A DNA stretch of 64,000 bases from a bacterium (GTDB lineage Bacteria; UBA8248). Below are positions 32,453-41,885 of this stretch, piece after piece; position 1 is the stretch's first letter, and each line of letters opens with the position of its first letter. Location of the stretch: positions 928,001-992,000 of the forward strand of contig CBDATS010000004.1 of NCBI GenBank assembly GCA_965200245.1, given 5' to 3'. A program made the translations under genes and the position numbers. The notes under the pieces were generated by a model. It did not search any database, was not told the DNA's origin, and saw only the letters and a program-made list of their open reading frames with translations.

Positions 32453-33208
32453 CTACCTTCCCGTGAAACGCGGCAGCCTTTTCTCCCTGAAGGCGCGGAC
32501 GCCCTCTTCTGCGTCTTCCGTCTCGAGGAGGCGTTTCAGGATCACGTCGCCGAACCGGAGCGCATCTTCCATCGTCATGTCGAGCGCGCGGACGGTGATC
32601 TCCTTGATGGCGCGTACAGCAAGCGGTGCGTTCGCGAGCACCCGCCGCGCGATCTTCTCGGTTTCCTCCAGAACCTTTTCTCGGGGAACCACCTTGTTCA
32701 CGAGGCCGAGTCCCAGCGCGGTCTCCGCGTCGATGGGCTCGCCGGTGAACAGATGATAGTGGGCGAGGTTGAAAGGAAGCAGCTTCGCCAGGAGAATCGG
32801 TCCGCTGACGGAGGAGATGCCGCGCATTGCCTGGGGCCAGCCGAGCTGCGTATCCTCGGCCATCACGCGCACGTCGCAGGAAAGCGCGATGCCCGCCCCG
32901 CCCGCCAGACAGAATCCGTTGATGGCGGCGAAGCAGGGCTTGTACAACTCCATGATGACCTGATAGAGGTCCGATACGGGCTTGACTTCCCTGTCCCGGG
33001 GTGGCGGTTCGGTGAGGTCGTGCCCGCTCGAAAACGCTTTCCCGTTTCCTGTGATCAGACAACCCCACACGCCGGGGTCGCGTTCCATCTCGTCGAACAG
33101 CGCAAAGATGCGCTCGCTCATCTCGTGATTGATGGCGTTCATCTTCTTCGGCCTGTTCAGCGTGATACAGGCCAGCCTGTCCCTCACCTCGTATTCCACC
33201 AGCGCCAT
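32453..33208 (-). CDS. Enoyl-CoA hydratase/isomerase family
   Basis: LNRPKKMNA, AFSSGHDL, AAINGFCLAGG. Confidence 0.9.
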   Translation of the reverse strand: MALVEYEVRDRLACITLNRPKKMNAINHEMSERIFALFDEMERDPGVWGCLITGNGKAFSSGHDLTEPPPRDREVKPVSDLYQVIMELYKPCFAAINGFCLAGGAGIALSCDVRVMAEDTQLGWPQAMRGISSVSGPILLAKLLPFNLAHYHLFTGEPIDAETALGLGLVNKVVPREKVLEETEKIARRVLANAPLAVRAIKEITVRALDMTMEDALRFGDVILKRLLETEDAEEGVRAFREKRLPRFTGR

Positions 33209-33231
33209 GTCGCCCTTTCCGTTTCGCAAGA

Positions 33232-34020
33232 CTAGCCGCCTAGCAGATGCGGCATCAATTCATCGAGTGTTTTCACTTCCAGGTCCGCCGTCACGTCCGG
33301 GTCCCCGGCAATCACGCCCCAGCGGTTCACCCACACGGTAGCCATTCCCACCCTCTGGCCGCCGGCAATGTCCGTCCTCAGGTTGTCCCCCACCATCACG
33401 GCGTGGTGTGCCTCCACGCCCAGTTCCCCGAGTGCTTCCTCAAACAAAAAAGGTTCGGGCTTGCCGAACAGCACCGGCTCACGCCCCGCCGCCGCCTGCA
33501 CTGACGCCATGATGGCGCCCCCTCCAAGCGAAAACGAACCATCCTCCCTCGGCAAACGCACGTCGGGGTTCATGGCGACGAAGTGCGCCCCCCGGCTCAC
33601 CGCCCGCGCGGCGGCACTCAGCGTCTCGTAGGTGAGATCCTCGTCCAGACCGACGAGCACGATGTCGGCTCTTTCTTCCTCCTCAGGCCCCAATATCCCG
33701 AAACCGCCTGATGCGACTGCCCTCCTGAGCGAATCCGTCCCCAGCACATACGCACGGCCCAACCCGTAGTTCTTTCTCAGGAACGAGCCGACGCGGTCCA
33801 GTGCAGCCACGATGAGGTTCTCCCCGGGATCGATACCGAGCCCCGCCATGTGGGCGCGAATCTCTGCCTCCGTGCTGCGGCTGATGTTCGTGACAAAGCG
33901 GTGCGGGAGATTCCTGGCCTTGATGGCTCGCATCAACTCCCGTCCGCCGGGCATCACCTCGTCTCCGGCAAAGAACACCCCTTCGAGGTCGAATACGAAA
34001 GCCTTCCTGTCATGAAACAT
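33232..34020 (-). CDS. HAD-IIA (NagD-like) hydrolase
   Basis: FDLEG, VTN, GKPEP, MVGDNLRTDI. Confidence 0.88.
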   Translation of the reverse strand: MFHDRKAFVFDLEGVFFAGDEVMPGGRELMRAIKARNLPHRFVTNISRSTEAEIRAHMAGLGIDPGENLIVAALDRVGSFLRKNYGLGRAYVLGTDSLRRAVASGGFGILGPEEEERADIVLVGLDEDLTYETLSAAARAVSRGAHFVAMNPDVRLPREDGSFSLGGGAIMASVQAAAGREPVLFGKPEPFLFEEALGELGVEAHHAVMVGDNLRTDIAGGQRVGMATVWVNRWGVIAGDPDVTADLEVKTLDELMPHLLGG

Positions 34021-34030
34021 GACGGGCCTC

Positions 34031-35227
34031 TCAAATCGCCTTGCGCTCTTTCAACCTTTCGATTTCCGCATCGCTCAGATCGAGCACTTCCTTGAGCACC
34101 TCTTCGGTATGCTCGCCCATCAGGGGCGGCGGCGAGGGTTTCGCGCCCCAGGTGCCATCCATCTTGATGGGCGTGTTGAACGTGTACATCTCTCCAAGTT
34201 CCGGGTGCGTCATCTGCACCACCATCTCACGCGAGCGCGTTTGCGGGTCGTCGAGCGCCTCGTCAATGCCCTGAATCGGCCCGCAGGGCACCCCGTGCGA
34301 CTCGATTCGCTTTATCCAGTGCTCGGCAGTGTTCGTCCTGTAGGTTTCCGAGAGCCTGGCGTCCACGTACTCGCGGTTCTCGAGGCGGGTGGGCCGATCC
34401 TTCATCCTGGGATCGTCCTTCCATTCCGGATGGCCCAGCGCATCGCAGAGACTCTCGAAGAAATGGTCCAGAATGGCGTCCAGCACGAGCCACTTGCCGT
34501 CGCCGCACTGGTACGCGCCGATAGGAACGGCGGATACGTGTCCCGTGCCCATCGGCTTCGCCACGTCGCCCGCCGTCAGATAGTACTGTGCGCGATAGCT
34601 CGCGAGGTAGAGCTGGCTGTCCAGGAGCGAGACGTCTACCTTCTGGCCAACGCCTGTCCGTTCGCGCCTGTAGAGCGCAGCCAGAATCCCGTGGGCGGCG
34701 AACAGGCCACCTCCCATATCCCCCATCGGAACGCCCAGGCGCACGGGCGGCCTGTCCGGCTCGCCGGTGAAGCTCATGATGCCACCGCGACCCTGGATGA
34801 TGAGGTCGAGCGCCGGCTTGTCCTTCTCGGGACCGGTGAGTCCATAACCGGTGACAGAAGCGCTGATGATCCCGGGGTTTACCTTCCGGAGCGTTTCGTA
34901 GTCCACGCCGAGCCGTTCCAGGACGCCCGGGCGGTAGTTGTCATAGACGACGTCGGATCGCTTCACCATCTCGCAAAAAATGCGGTAGCCCTCCCCGTCT
35001 TTCAGGTTCAGGAAAATGCCCCGCTTGTTCCTGTTGAGAGCGATGAAGTAGGCGCTCGTCTCGCCGACGTAGTGCGGCGGCATGGTGCGGACGAGGTCGC
35101 CCCGACCGGGCACCTCTATCTTGATGACGTCCGCGCCCAGATCGGCCAGCACCATGCTGCCGTAAGGGCCTGCGAGCAGGGCGGAAAGATCGAGAATGCG
35201 CACGCCCTCCAGCGGCTTGTTCAACAC
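34031..35227 (-). CDS. Class III (CaiB/BaiF) CoA-transferase
   Basis: LEGVRILDL, LADLGADVIKIE, NRNKR, MGDMGGG. Confidence 0.92.
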   Translation of the reverse strand: MLNKPLEGVRILDLSALLAGPYGSMVLADLGADVIKIEVPGRGDLVRTMPPHYVGETSAYFIALNRNKRGIFLNLKDGEGYRIFCEMVKRSDVVYDNYRPGVLERLGVDYETLRKVNPGIISASVTGYGLTGPEKDKPALDLIIQGRGGIMSFTGEPDRPPVRLGVPMGDMGGGLFAAHGILAALYRRERTGVGQKVDVSLLDSQLYLASYRAQYYLTAGDVAKPMGTGHVSAVPIGAYQCGDGKWLVLDAILDHFFESLCDALGHPEWKDDPRMKDRPTRLENREYVDARLSETYRTNTAEHWIKRIESHGVPCGPIQGIDEALDDPQTRSREMVVQMTHPELGEMYTFNTPIKMDGTWGAKPSPPPLMGEHTEEVLKEVLDLSDAEIERLKERKAI

Positions 35228-35255
35228 GGATTCCCCCACGAAAGATACGTCATCG

Positions 35256-35663
35256 TTACGCGGCCACGTTTTTCCGGATATAGGAGACGACCTGATCCAT
35301 CTCCGCATGGTGGTTGAAGACCTCGGCTATCCCCAGGGATTTAAGCTGTGCCACGTCGCGTTCCAGGATGTTCCCGCCGAATATGACGAGGCAATCATCG
35401 AGACCCTCTTCCCTGACTCTCCCCATGAGCCTGCGCGCAATCCCCATGTAGGAGCCCGAAAGTATGCTCAGGCCGATCACGTCCACGTTCTCCTGTATGG
35501 CAACGGATACGATCTGCTCGACCGTCTGCCTGAGCCCCGAGTAGATCACCTCTATGCCAGCGTCCCGAAGCGCATGGATGATGACCTTGACGCCCCGGTC
35601 GTGACCGTCGAGGCCCGGCTTCGCCATCAGAACCCGTATGCGTTTGTCCTGTGTCGGCATCAC
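35256..35663 (-). CDS. Cobalamin-binding small subunit of acyl-CoA mutase
   Basis: KPGLDGHDRG (DxHxxG), GLSILSG, FGG. Confidence 0.93.
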   Translation of the reverse strand: MMPTQDKRIRVLMAKPGLDGHDRGVKVIIHALRDAGIEVIYSGLRQTVEQIVSVAIQENVDVIGLSILSGSYMGIARRLMGRVREEGLDDCLVIFGGNILERDVAQLKSLGIAEVFNHHAEMDQVVSYIRKNVAA

Positions 35664-37309
35664 ACCACGGAGGGTTCCACGTAGATACCGAAGGCACCGC
35701 GCATCACGCCGGTCATCTCCCCCACCGTGAGACGCGCGCGGGCAGCGTCCATGAGACAGGGCACGAGGTTCTCGCTCGACTCACACGCCCTTGCCAGTCT
35801 TTCAAACTGCGCAGCCGCTTCGTCCTCGTCGCGGACGGCCTTCACGCGCGCGAGGCGTTCCCTTTGTTTTTCGAGCACAGAATCATCCACCTCGTGGAGA
35901 CCCTCGCCTGCGCTCATGCGGTATTCCTCTTCGGAAGTGAACCTGTTCACACCCACCCACACCTGTTCACCTGTGGCAATCTTCTGCTGGTGCCCGTAGG
36001 CCTGCCGCGCCAGGAGTCTCTGAATCTCGCCGCTTTCGATGAAAGGAACGATTCCGCCCCGCGATTCGTAATCATCCACTATGGCCTGGATTTCCTCTTC
36101 CACCTGATCCGTCACCACCTCCACCGCATAGCTGCCCGCCAGCGGGTCCACGGTATCGGCCACGCCGCTCTCGTGCGCGATGACCTGCTGGATCCGGAGC
36201 GCGGTGCGGATGGACTCGTCAGAGGGAATCTCGAATGCCTCATCGAAACACGCCATGTTGACCGAGCGCGTACCGCCCAGCACGGCAGCCAGGGTGTAGA
36301 GCGTCTGGCGCACGATGTTGTTGAGCGGTTCACGCGCCGCCATGCGGCTTCCGCAGTTTCCGGTCGAGAACTTCAGTTGCATGGTCCTGGGATTTTCCGC
36401 GCCGTATTTCTCCTTCATGGTTCGCGCCCAGATGCGCCGCGCGGCGCGCAGCTTGCCGACAGACTCAAGCAGGTTGAACGGCCCCACGCCTCCCCCGACG
36501 GAGAGATGAAACGACATGGTGGGTACGAAATCGTCCACGTGGAGGCCGCGCCCGGTGAGTTCCCTGATGTAGGCCAAGGCGTTCAGGATGGGAAAGGCGA
36601 CGTCCTGCGCGAGAGTGGCGCCCGTTTCGGCGATGTGGGTGGCCGAGACACTGATGGCGTTCACGCGCGGGCAGTGCCTAGCATTGTATTCAATGATGTC
36701 GGCCACCAGGCGCATGGAGGGTCTCGGGGGAAATATCCAGGTACCCCGGCCGATGTATTCCTTGAGCATGTCGTTCTGGAAGGTTCCACGCAGCCTGTCC
36801 AGCGCGACCCCCTGGCGCTCGGCAGCGATGAGCCAGAACGCCTGGATGATGGCGGCGGTGGAATTGATGGTGTGCGAGACGCTGACCCTATCGAGCGGTA
36901 TCCCGTCGAAAACGTCCACCATGTCCTCGGCGGTGTCCACGGCGACACCGAGGCGTCCCACATCGTCCCGGGCGGCCTCATCGTCAGAATCCAAGCCAAG
37001 CTGCGTGGGCAGATCGTAAGCCATCGAGAGGCCCGTCTGGCCGTTTGCGAGCAGGAACCGAAAGCGCGCGTTGGTGTCCGTCGAGGTGGAAAAGCCCGCG
37101 TACTGGCGCATCGTCCAGAGCGAACCCCGGTACATCGTGGGATAGATGCCCCGTGTGTAGGGGTATTCTCCCGGTGTGCCGAGTTTTTCCCGATACGCGG
37201 CATCGGGTGCTTGGGGCTCGTACACAACGGGTACGGGCTTGCCCGAGTTGTAGACCGCTTCACGTACAGGACGCTCTTTTCCCGCGCCATTGTCTCCGGC
37301 TTTCGCCAT
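35660..37309 (-). CDS. Methylmalonyl-CoA mutase-family large subunit (divergent pocket)
   Basis: PGEYPYTRG, WTMRQYAGF, QNDMLKEY, VDPLAGSY. Confidence 0.92.
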   Translation of the reverse strand: MAKAGDNGAGKERPVREAVYNSGKPVPVVYEPQAPDAAYREKLGTPGEYPYTRGIYPTMYRGSLWTMRQYAGFSTSTDTNARFRFLLANGQTGLSMAYDLPTQLGLDSDDEAARDDVGRLGVAVDTAEDMVDVFDGIPLDRVSVSHTINSTAAIIQAFWLIAAERQGVALDRLRGTFQNDMLKEYIGRGTWIFPPRPSMRLVADIIEYNARHCPRVNAISVSATHIAETGATLAQDVAFPILNALAYIRELTGRGLHVDDFVPTMSFHLSVGGGVGPFNLLESVGKLRAARRIWARTMKEKYGAENPRTMQLKFSTGNCGSRMAAREPLNNIVRQTLYTLAAVLGGTRSVNMACFDEAFEIPSDESIRTALRIQQVIAHESGVADTVDPLAGSYAVEVVTDQVEEEIQAIVDDYESRGGIVPFIESGEIQRLLARQAYGHQQKIATGEQVWVGVNRFTSEEEYRMSAGEGLHEVDDSVLEKQRERLARVKAVRDEDEAAAQFERLARACESSENLVPCLMDAARARLTVGEMTGVMRGAFGIYVEPSVV

Positions 37310-37494
37310 TGTTCACTCCTGCGCCGGCGAACGAAAATCACTCGCGCGCGGGTACACAAAGAACAGAGTATGTCTCCCTATTGATTATCACACTCTCCCC
37401 CCGAGGCCAACGAGATCACCGGTCCCCATTGACCCGGAACGCCCCGACGGAGAGAATCAGGAAATTCGACACCCCAAAGGAGGAGAACCGACAC

Positions 37495-38274
37495 ATGAGC
37501 CATTCTCTTTTTGATCTGGGCGGCGCAAAGGCGCTCGTCACCGGTGCCGCGCGCGGCATCGGACGCACACTGGCAGAGGGTCTCGCCGCAGCAGGCGCGG
37601 ATGTCGCCATCGCGGACATCGACATCGGACCCGCGGGCGAGGCGAAAGAAGCCATCGAGAAAATGGGCCGCAAATGCGTGCTCACCCAGGCGGACGTGAC
37701 CGACATGGAATCGGCCGAGCGCATGGTGGCCGAAGCCGCCACAGCACTTGGCGGCCTCACCATTCTGGTAAACAACGCGGGCACGAACATCCGGAAAACG
37801 CTGTGGGAGATCAACGAGGCGGACTGGGACAGGGTGGTCGACCTCAACCTCAAGAGCATCTTCTTCATCACGCGGCGCGCGGGCGAGGAGATGAAAAAAG
37901 CGGGCGGCGGCAAGGTGATCAACATCTCCTCGCTGATGGGCTGGTCCGTCTTCAGGAGCCCCCGGAAACAGTGCTACGGGCCATATACGTCGTCGAAGAG
38001 CGGCCTCATCGGCCTGACGCGCGTTTTCGCCTCCGAGTATGCGACGGACAACATTCAGGTGAACGCCATCTGTCCCACCTACATCGAGACGGAACTCACC
38101 ACTTCCCTGAAAGAGGACGAACTCATCTACGACGCCATCTGCGCCAGGACGCCGATGGGCCGATTCGGGCAGATGAGCGAACTGGTGGGACCGGCCATTT
38201 TCCTTGCTTCCAGGGCGAGCAGCCTCGTCACGGGCACGTCGCTGCTGGTGGACGGCGGGTGGTATGCCATGTGA
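37495..38274 (+). CDS. SDR family oxidoreductase (KduD/gluconate 5-DH-like)
   Basis: TGAARGIG, NNAG, YTSSK, VDGGW. Confidence 0.9.
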   Translation: MSHSLFDLGGAKALVTGAARGIGRTLAEGLAAAGADVAIADIDIGPAGEAKEAIEKMGRKCVLTQADVTDMESAERMVAEAATALGGLTILVNNAGTNIRKTLWEINEADWDRVVDLNLKSIFFITRRAGEEMKKAGGGKVINISSLMGWSVFRSPRKQCYGPYTSSKSGLIGLTRVFASEYATDNIQVNAICPTYIETELTTSLKEDELIYDAICARTPMGRFGQMSELVGPAIFLASRASSLVTGTSLLVDGGWYAM

Positions 38275-39517
38275 AGGAAGGAGACGCGTTCTCCTGCTGA
38301 TGACGACGACCACCTACCGCGCCTCTGCCTACATGGAGGCGGCGGAGAAGATGGGACTGCGCCTCGCGGTGGGAACCGACAGGCCCGACCTTCTGGCCGG
38401 GTTGAACCCGGGCGGATCCATCACCCTCGATTACACAAAACCCGAAGCGGGCGCGGCCTCGATCAAATCGTTCGCAAAGGAGTTTCCGATAGACGCGGTT
38501 GCGCCCGTGGACGACGACACGCTCATCCTGGGCGCGATGGCCGCCGAGATGCTGGGACTGCCCTGCCATCCCGTGGAATCCGCCCGAACGACGCGGAGCA
38601 AATATGAACTGAGAAAGGTTCTTTCCGAAGAGGGTCTGCCGTCGCCCTCGTTCCGCCTCGTCTCGGCGCAGGAAGAACCGGAAAAAATCGCCTCGGGCCT
38701 GCATTATCCCTGCGTGCTCAAACCTACCTTTCTCGCCGCGAGCAGGGGGGTGATTCGCGCGAACGATGCGGCTGAATTCGCGGAAGCCTACCGCCGCATC
38801 GGCGCGATACTGGACGAGCCCGACACCATCGCGCGCGGCGGGGAAGAAGCGCGGATGATTCTGGTGGAGGATTATCTCGACGGCATCGAGGTGGCGGTGG
38901 AGGGCCTCGTCGTACGCGGCGAAGCGCACATTCTCGCGATTTTCGACAAGCCCGATCCGCTCGAGGGCCCTTTTTTCGAGGAGACCATCTACGTCACGCC
39001 CTCAAGGCTGCCCGAAGAAACACAGGCCACCATTCGCGAAGAAACCATACGCGCAGCACACGCTATCCGCCTGCGCGACGGTCCCCTGCACGCGGAACTC
39101 AGGATCACCGAGGATGGCCGGATCTGGGTGATCGACGTGGCGAGTCGATCCATCGGCGGAAAATGCTCGCGCACGCTCGAATTCGGCGGCGGCGCCTCGC
39201 TCGAATGCCTCATTCTCTCGCAGGCCCTGGGCATGGCACCCCCTTCCCTGAAACGCGAGAAAAGCGCCTCGGGCGTCATGATGATCCCTGTCCCCGGCGA
39301 GGGAACATTACGGGGGGTCGAGGGGAAGGAAGAGGCTCTGGCCGTACCTGACATCAAGGATATCGACATATCCATCCACCTCGGCGGCCGTGTGGTGCCG
39401 CTGCCGGAAGGGGAGAGATACCTGGGCTTCATCTTCGCCAGGGGGGAACGGCCCGAAGAGGTGGAGGCCGCCCTGCGCGCGGCCCACGGGAAACTCCGTT
39501 TCGATATCGGGGAATAA
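38264..39517 (+). CDS. ATP-grasp domain protein
   Basis: PCVLKP..ASRGV, VEDYLDG, DKPDPLEGPFFEETIY, HAELR. Confidence 0.85.
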   Translation: MPCEGRRRVLLLMTTTTYRASAYMEAAEKMGLRLAVGTDRPDLLAGLNPGGSITLDYTKPEAGAASIKSFAKEFPIDAVAPVDDDTLILGAMAAEMLGLPCHPVESARTTRSKYELRKVLSEEGLPSPSFRLVSAQEEPEKIASGLHYPCVLKPTFLAASRGVIRANDAAEFAEAYRRIGAILDEPDTIARGGEEARMILVEDYLDGIEVAVEGLVVRGEAHILAIFDKPDPLEGPFFEETIYVTPSRLPEETQATIREETIRAAHAIRLRDGPLHAELRITEDGRIWVIDVASRSIGGKCSRTLEFGGGASLECLILSQALGMAPPSLKREKSASGVMMIPVPGEGTLRGVEGKEEALAVPDIKDIDISIHLGGRVVPLPEGERYLGFIFARGERPEEVEAALRAAHGKLRFDIGE

Positions 39518-39525
39518 CCAAGGAA

Positions 39526-39551
39526 AAAGGCTGGCCAACCGGCCAGCCTTT
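39526..39551. terminator. Hairpin between convergent genes, probably bidirectional terminator
   Basis: AAAGGCTGGCC-AACC-GGCCAGCCTTT. Confidence 0.7.
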
Positions 39552-39570
39552 CATGTTCGATCGAGAAAAA

Positions 39571-40119
39571 CTATTTCTTCGTCGGTGCGTAGTAGGGGTT
39601 CGTGCCCGCTGCGTGGTCGGTTGTGTCAACCACCTGAATCTCGGGGTCCAATTGCTGCAACCGCGCCTCGACGCCTGACTTGAGCGTGACGTCCGCCATG
39701 CCGCAGCCCGCGCAGCCGCCCCCCATCTGCACGAAGACCCGCTTTTCCTCCACATCCAGCAGGCTGATGTAGCCGCCGTGGGACGCCACCGCCGGATTGA
39801 TCTCCGTGTCGATGATCTCCTGAATCTGACCGAGGAGGGACAAATCGCCCTCCGACAGCTCGCGCGTCACCTTGAAACCGCTCGTGGGTCCTTCGGTCAC
39901 GAATTCGATCTGGGCGGCCTCGGCTCTCGCAACATGCTCGGGCGCGGCGAAGACACCGAGCAGAGGATTCTCCACGCGGATGTACTGATCCGCATCCTCA
40001 TCCCGCACCAAGTCGAGCTTGTAACCGCCCTCGAAGCTGATCAGGATGCCGGCAAAACCACCGCCGTTCTGTTCCATGATTTCCTGTACCTTGTCCGCAG
40101 CCGCCTCGGTTATCTTCAT
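39571..40119 (-). CDS. nfuA: NfuA-like Fe-S carrier
   Basis: ITEAA N-terminal domain; INPAVASHGG, GGGCAGC, TDHAAGTNPYY. Confidence 0.9.
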   Translation of the reverse strand: MKITEAAADKVQEIMEQNGGGFAGILISFEGGYKLDLVRDEDADQYIRVENPLLGVFAAPEHVARAEAAQIEFVTEGPTSGFKVTRELSEGDLSLLGQIQEIIDTEINPAVASHGGYISLLDVEEKRVFVQMGGGCAGCGMADVTLKSGVEARLQQLDPEIQVVDTTDHAAGTNPYYAPTKK

Positions 40120-40321
40120 GATATGGCTCCATCAATTTCATCCAGAGATAAAATATTCACCATTCCCACACGCCGATCAAGCATATCACGGCGCACCCCA
40201 AAAAACAAAAGATACCCCTTGGGGGTAGTGTCTCACTTTGAAATTTTCCAGAAATGATTGTACTTTCGTCATTGTCAAGTAGGATATATGTTTTCTTCAC
40301 TTCTCATCGGAGGGAATGAAT

Positions 40322-40523
40322 ATGGCTACTGGCCCACAGAGACAGAAAAGGCCGGGAGATGTGGTCGAGTGTGCTGTTCGTGTGGCACAGATTGCAACGG
40401 GTGAAACAGTGGAAACACAGACGGAAGGTCAGATATATGCCCGCAAGAGCGAGAAACCTTACCGCTGAACGCAGGAAAGAGATCGCACAGAACGGTGTGG
40501 CGATACGGTGGGCAAAGAAATAG
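40322..40523 (+). pseudogene. Small basic IS-associated protein, frameshifted
   Basis: MATGPQRQKRPGDVVECAVRVAQIATGE, then shifted ARARNLTAERRKEIAQ..RWAKK. Confidence 0.6.
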
Positions 40524-40575
40524 GAATTTTATGTACTGACCCATTGGAAATAACCTTGGCAATGGAATTGAGGAC

Positions 40576-41460
40576 ATGGCAAGAGTAGTTGGCTTCATCA
40601 GCGAAAAGGGCGGAACAGGCAAAACTACGGCTTGTTATCACATTGCTGTGGCACTTCAACGTTACCACGACAAGCATGTATTGGTGGTTGACACTGACTA
40701 TCAGAGAGGTGGGATAACCGGGCGATTTTTCCCTGATCTCATAGAACCATTCGGCTCTGGTGAGATAAGTGGTACGACTGTGTTCCATAAATTCCAAGAA
40801 CTCTACAGCGCTGGAGAACGTTCTCCTGAAGTAGATATTCGGACGTGGAAGAATTGTATTGATGTAATCGTTTCCGATCCCCGTCTTTCGAGTGTCACTC
40901 AAGACAGACTTCCAAGCACTCACAATATTCGAGACAATAATAGATCTCTTTTGAAGCATCTCCAAGTAATTGATTACGTCCTCGACAATATCAAGGGTGA
41001 CTATGATTATATTTTGATTGATAGTCATCCTGAAGTATCTGACGTTTTACGTTCTGTCATTTATTCTTCCGATTACTGCGTTTCTCCGGTAAAATTTGAC
41101 CGACAATCCTCCATTGGTGTTGCTACTGTTATGGGTGAAATCAGCAATGTGAATGCTGATGTGCAACTCATCAAGAATAGCCTGGACGGAGATCTCCAAT
41201 ATACGGATACAATATTTTCTGGCTCGATGGGAATGATGACCCGAGAATGGCGCGGAGACTTGAAACAAACGGAGGACATAGAGCGTAATCGACTACGGCG
41301 GACAGGAGGTGTATTTGAAACCCACGTTACCGAGGGTGATGGATTGCGAAGAGCCCTGTTGGACAGAAAGTCCGTGTATGATGTCAGCGGCAATAACGCT
41401 GGCAGGCAAGCGGATCAGTTTCGCAAATTGACTCGCGAGTTCCTGGAGAAGTGTCCATGA
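40576..41460 (+). CDS. ParA/Soj-family ATPase (passenger gene)
   Basis: EKGGTGKTT deviant Walker A, VVDTD, YILIDSHP. Confidence 0.9.
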   Translation: MARVVGFISEKGGTGKTTACYHIAVALQRYHDKHVLVVDTDYQRGGITGRFFPDLIEPFGSGEISGTTVFHKFQELYSAGERSPEVDIRTWKNCIDVIVSDPRLSSVTQDRLPSTHNIRDNNRSLLKHLQVIDYVLDNIKGDYDYILIDSHPEVSDVLRSVIYSSDYCVSPVKFDRQSSIGVATVMGEISNVNADVQLIKNSLDGDLQYTDTIFSGSMGMMTREWRGDLKQTEDIERNRLRRTGGVFETHVTEGDGLRRALLDRKSVYDVSGNNAGRQADQFRKLTREFLEKCP

Positions 41461-41867
41461 GAGAAATCAACGTCGAGAAGTTGATCGAATGGCTCGGGCA
41501 TGACGGCGCGATTGCCGGACTGGAAGGAAGCAACCTTACGGTCCCGGAACTTCATGAAATGGCGCTCCGTCACGGTCTTGCAGTGGAGAAGAGAACCAGG
41601 CGAGGTGATCTAATTGTCGATCTCGTGAACCGGAATTCCATCAGGATCGACAAGACAACAGACGAACTCCTGGCGATGAACTGTGACGATCTCGGCAACT
41701 ACTTCCAAAAAAGAAAAGTCTCCCGAACAGAACTCCTGCAACTTCTCTCGCAATTTGACATTCGCCCCATTCGCGGGGACACCGTGAGCCTTGTGGATTT
41801 TGCCGCAAGGGAGATCAGCTGTATCGGCATGTACCAAAGAGTGGCAAAAGGTGCGCGAGGAGTATGA
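41457..41867 (+). CDS. Hypothetical helical protein coupled to the ParA gene
   Basis: ATGA overlap with the ParA stop; GGAG RBS; intact 136-aa ORF. Confidence 0.75.
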   Translation: MREINVEKLIEWLGHDGAIAGLEGSNLTVPELHEMALRHGLAVEKRTRRGDLIVDLVNRNSIRIDKTTDELLAMNCDDLGNYFQKRKVSRTELLQLLSQFDIRPIRGDTVSLVDFAAREISCIGMYQRVAKGARGV

Positions 41868-41885
41868 GTGTATAGTGTAGAATTC

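Noticed and set aside
31520-37384. 571-, 432- and 577-aa + strand ORFs
   Set aside because: Antisense shadows of the mutase operon
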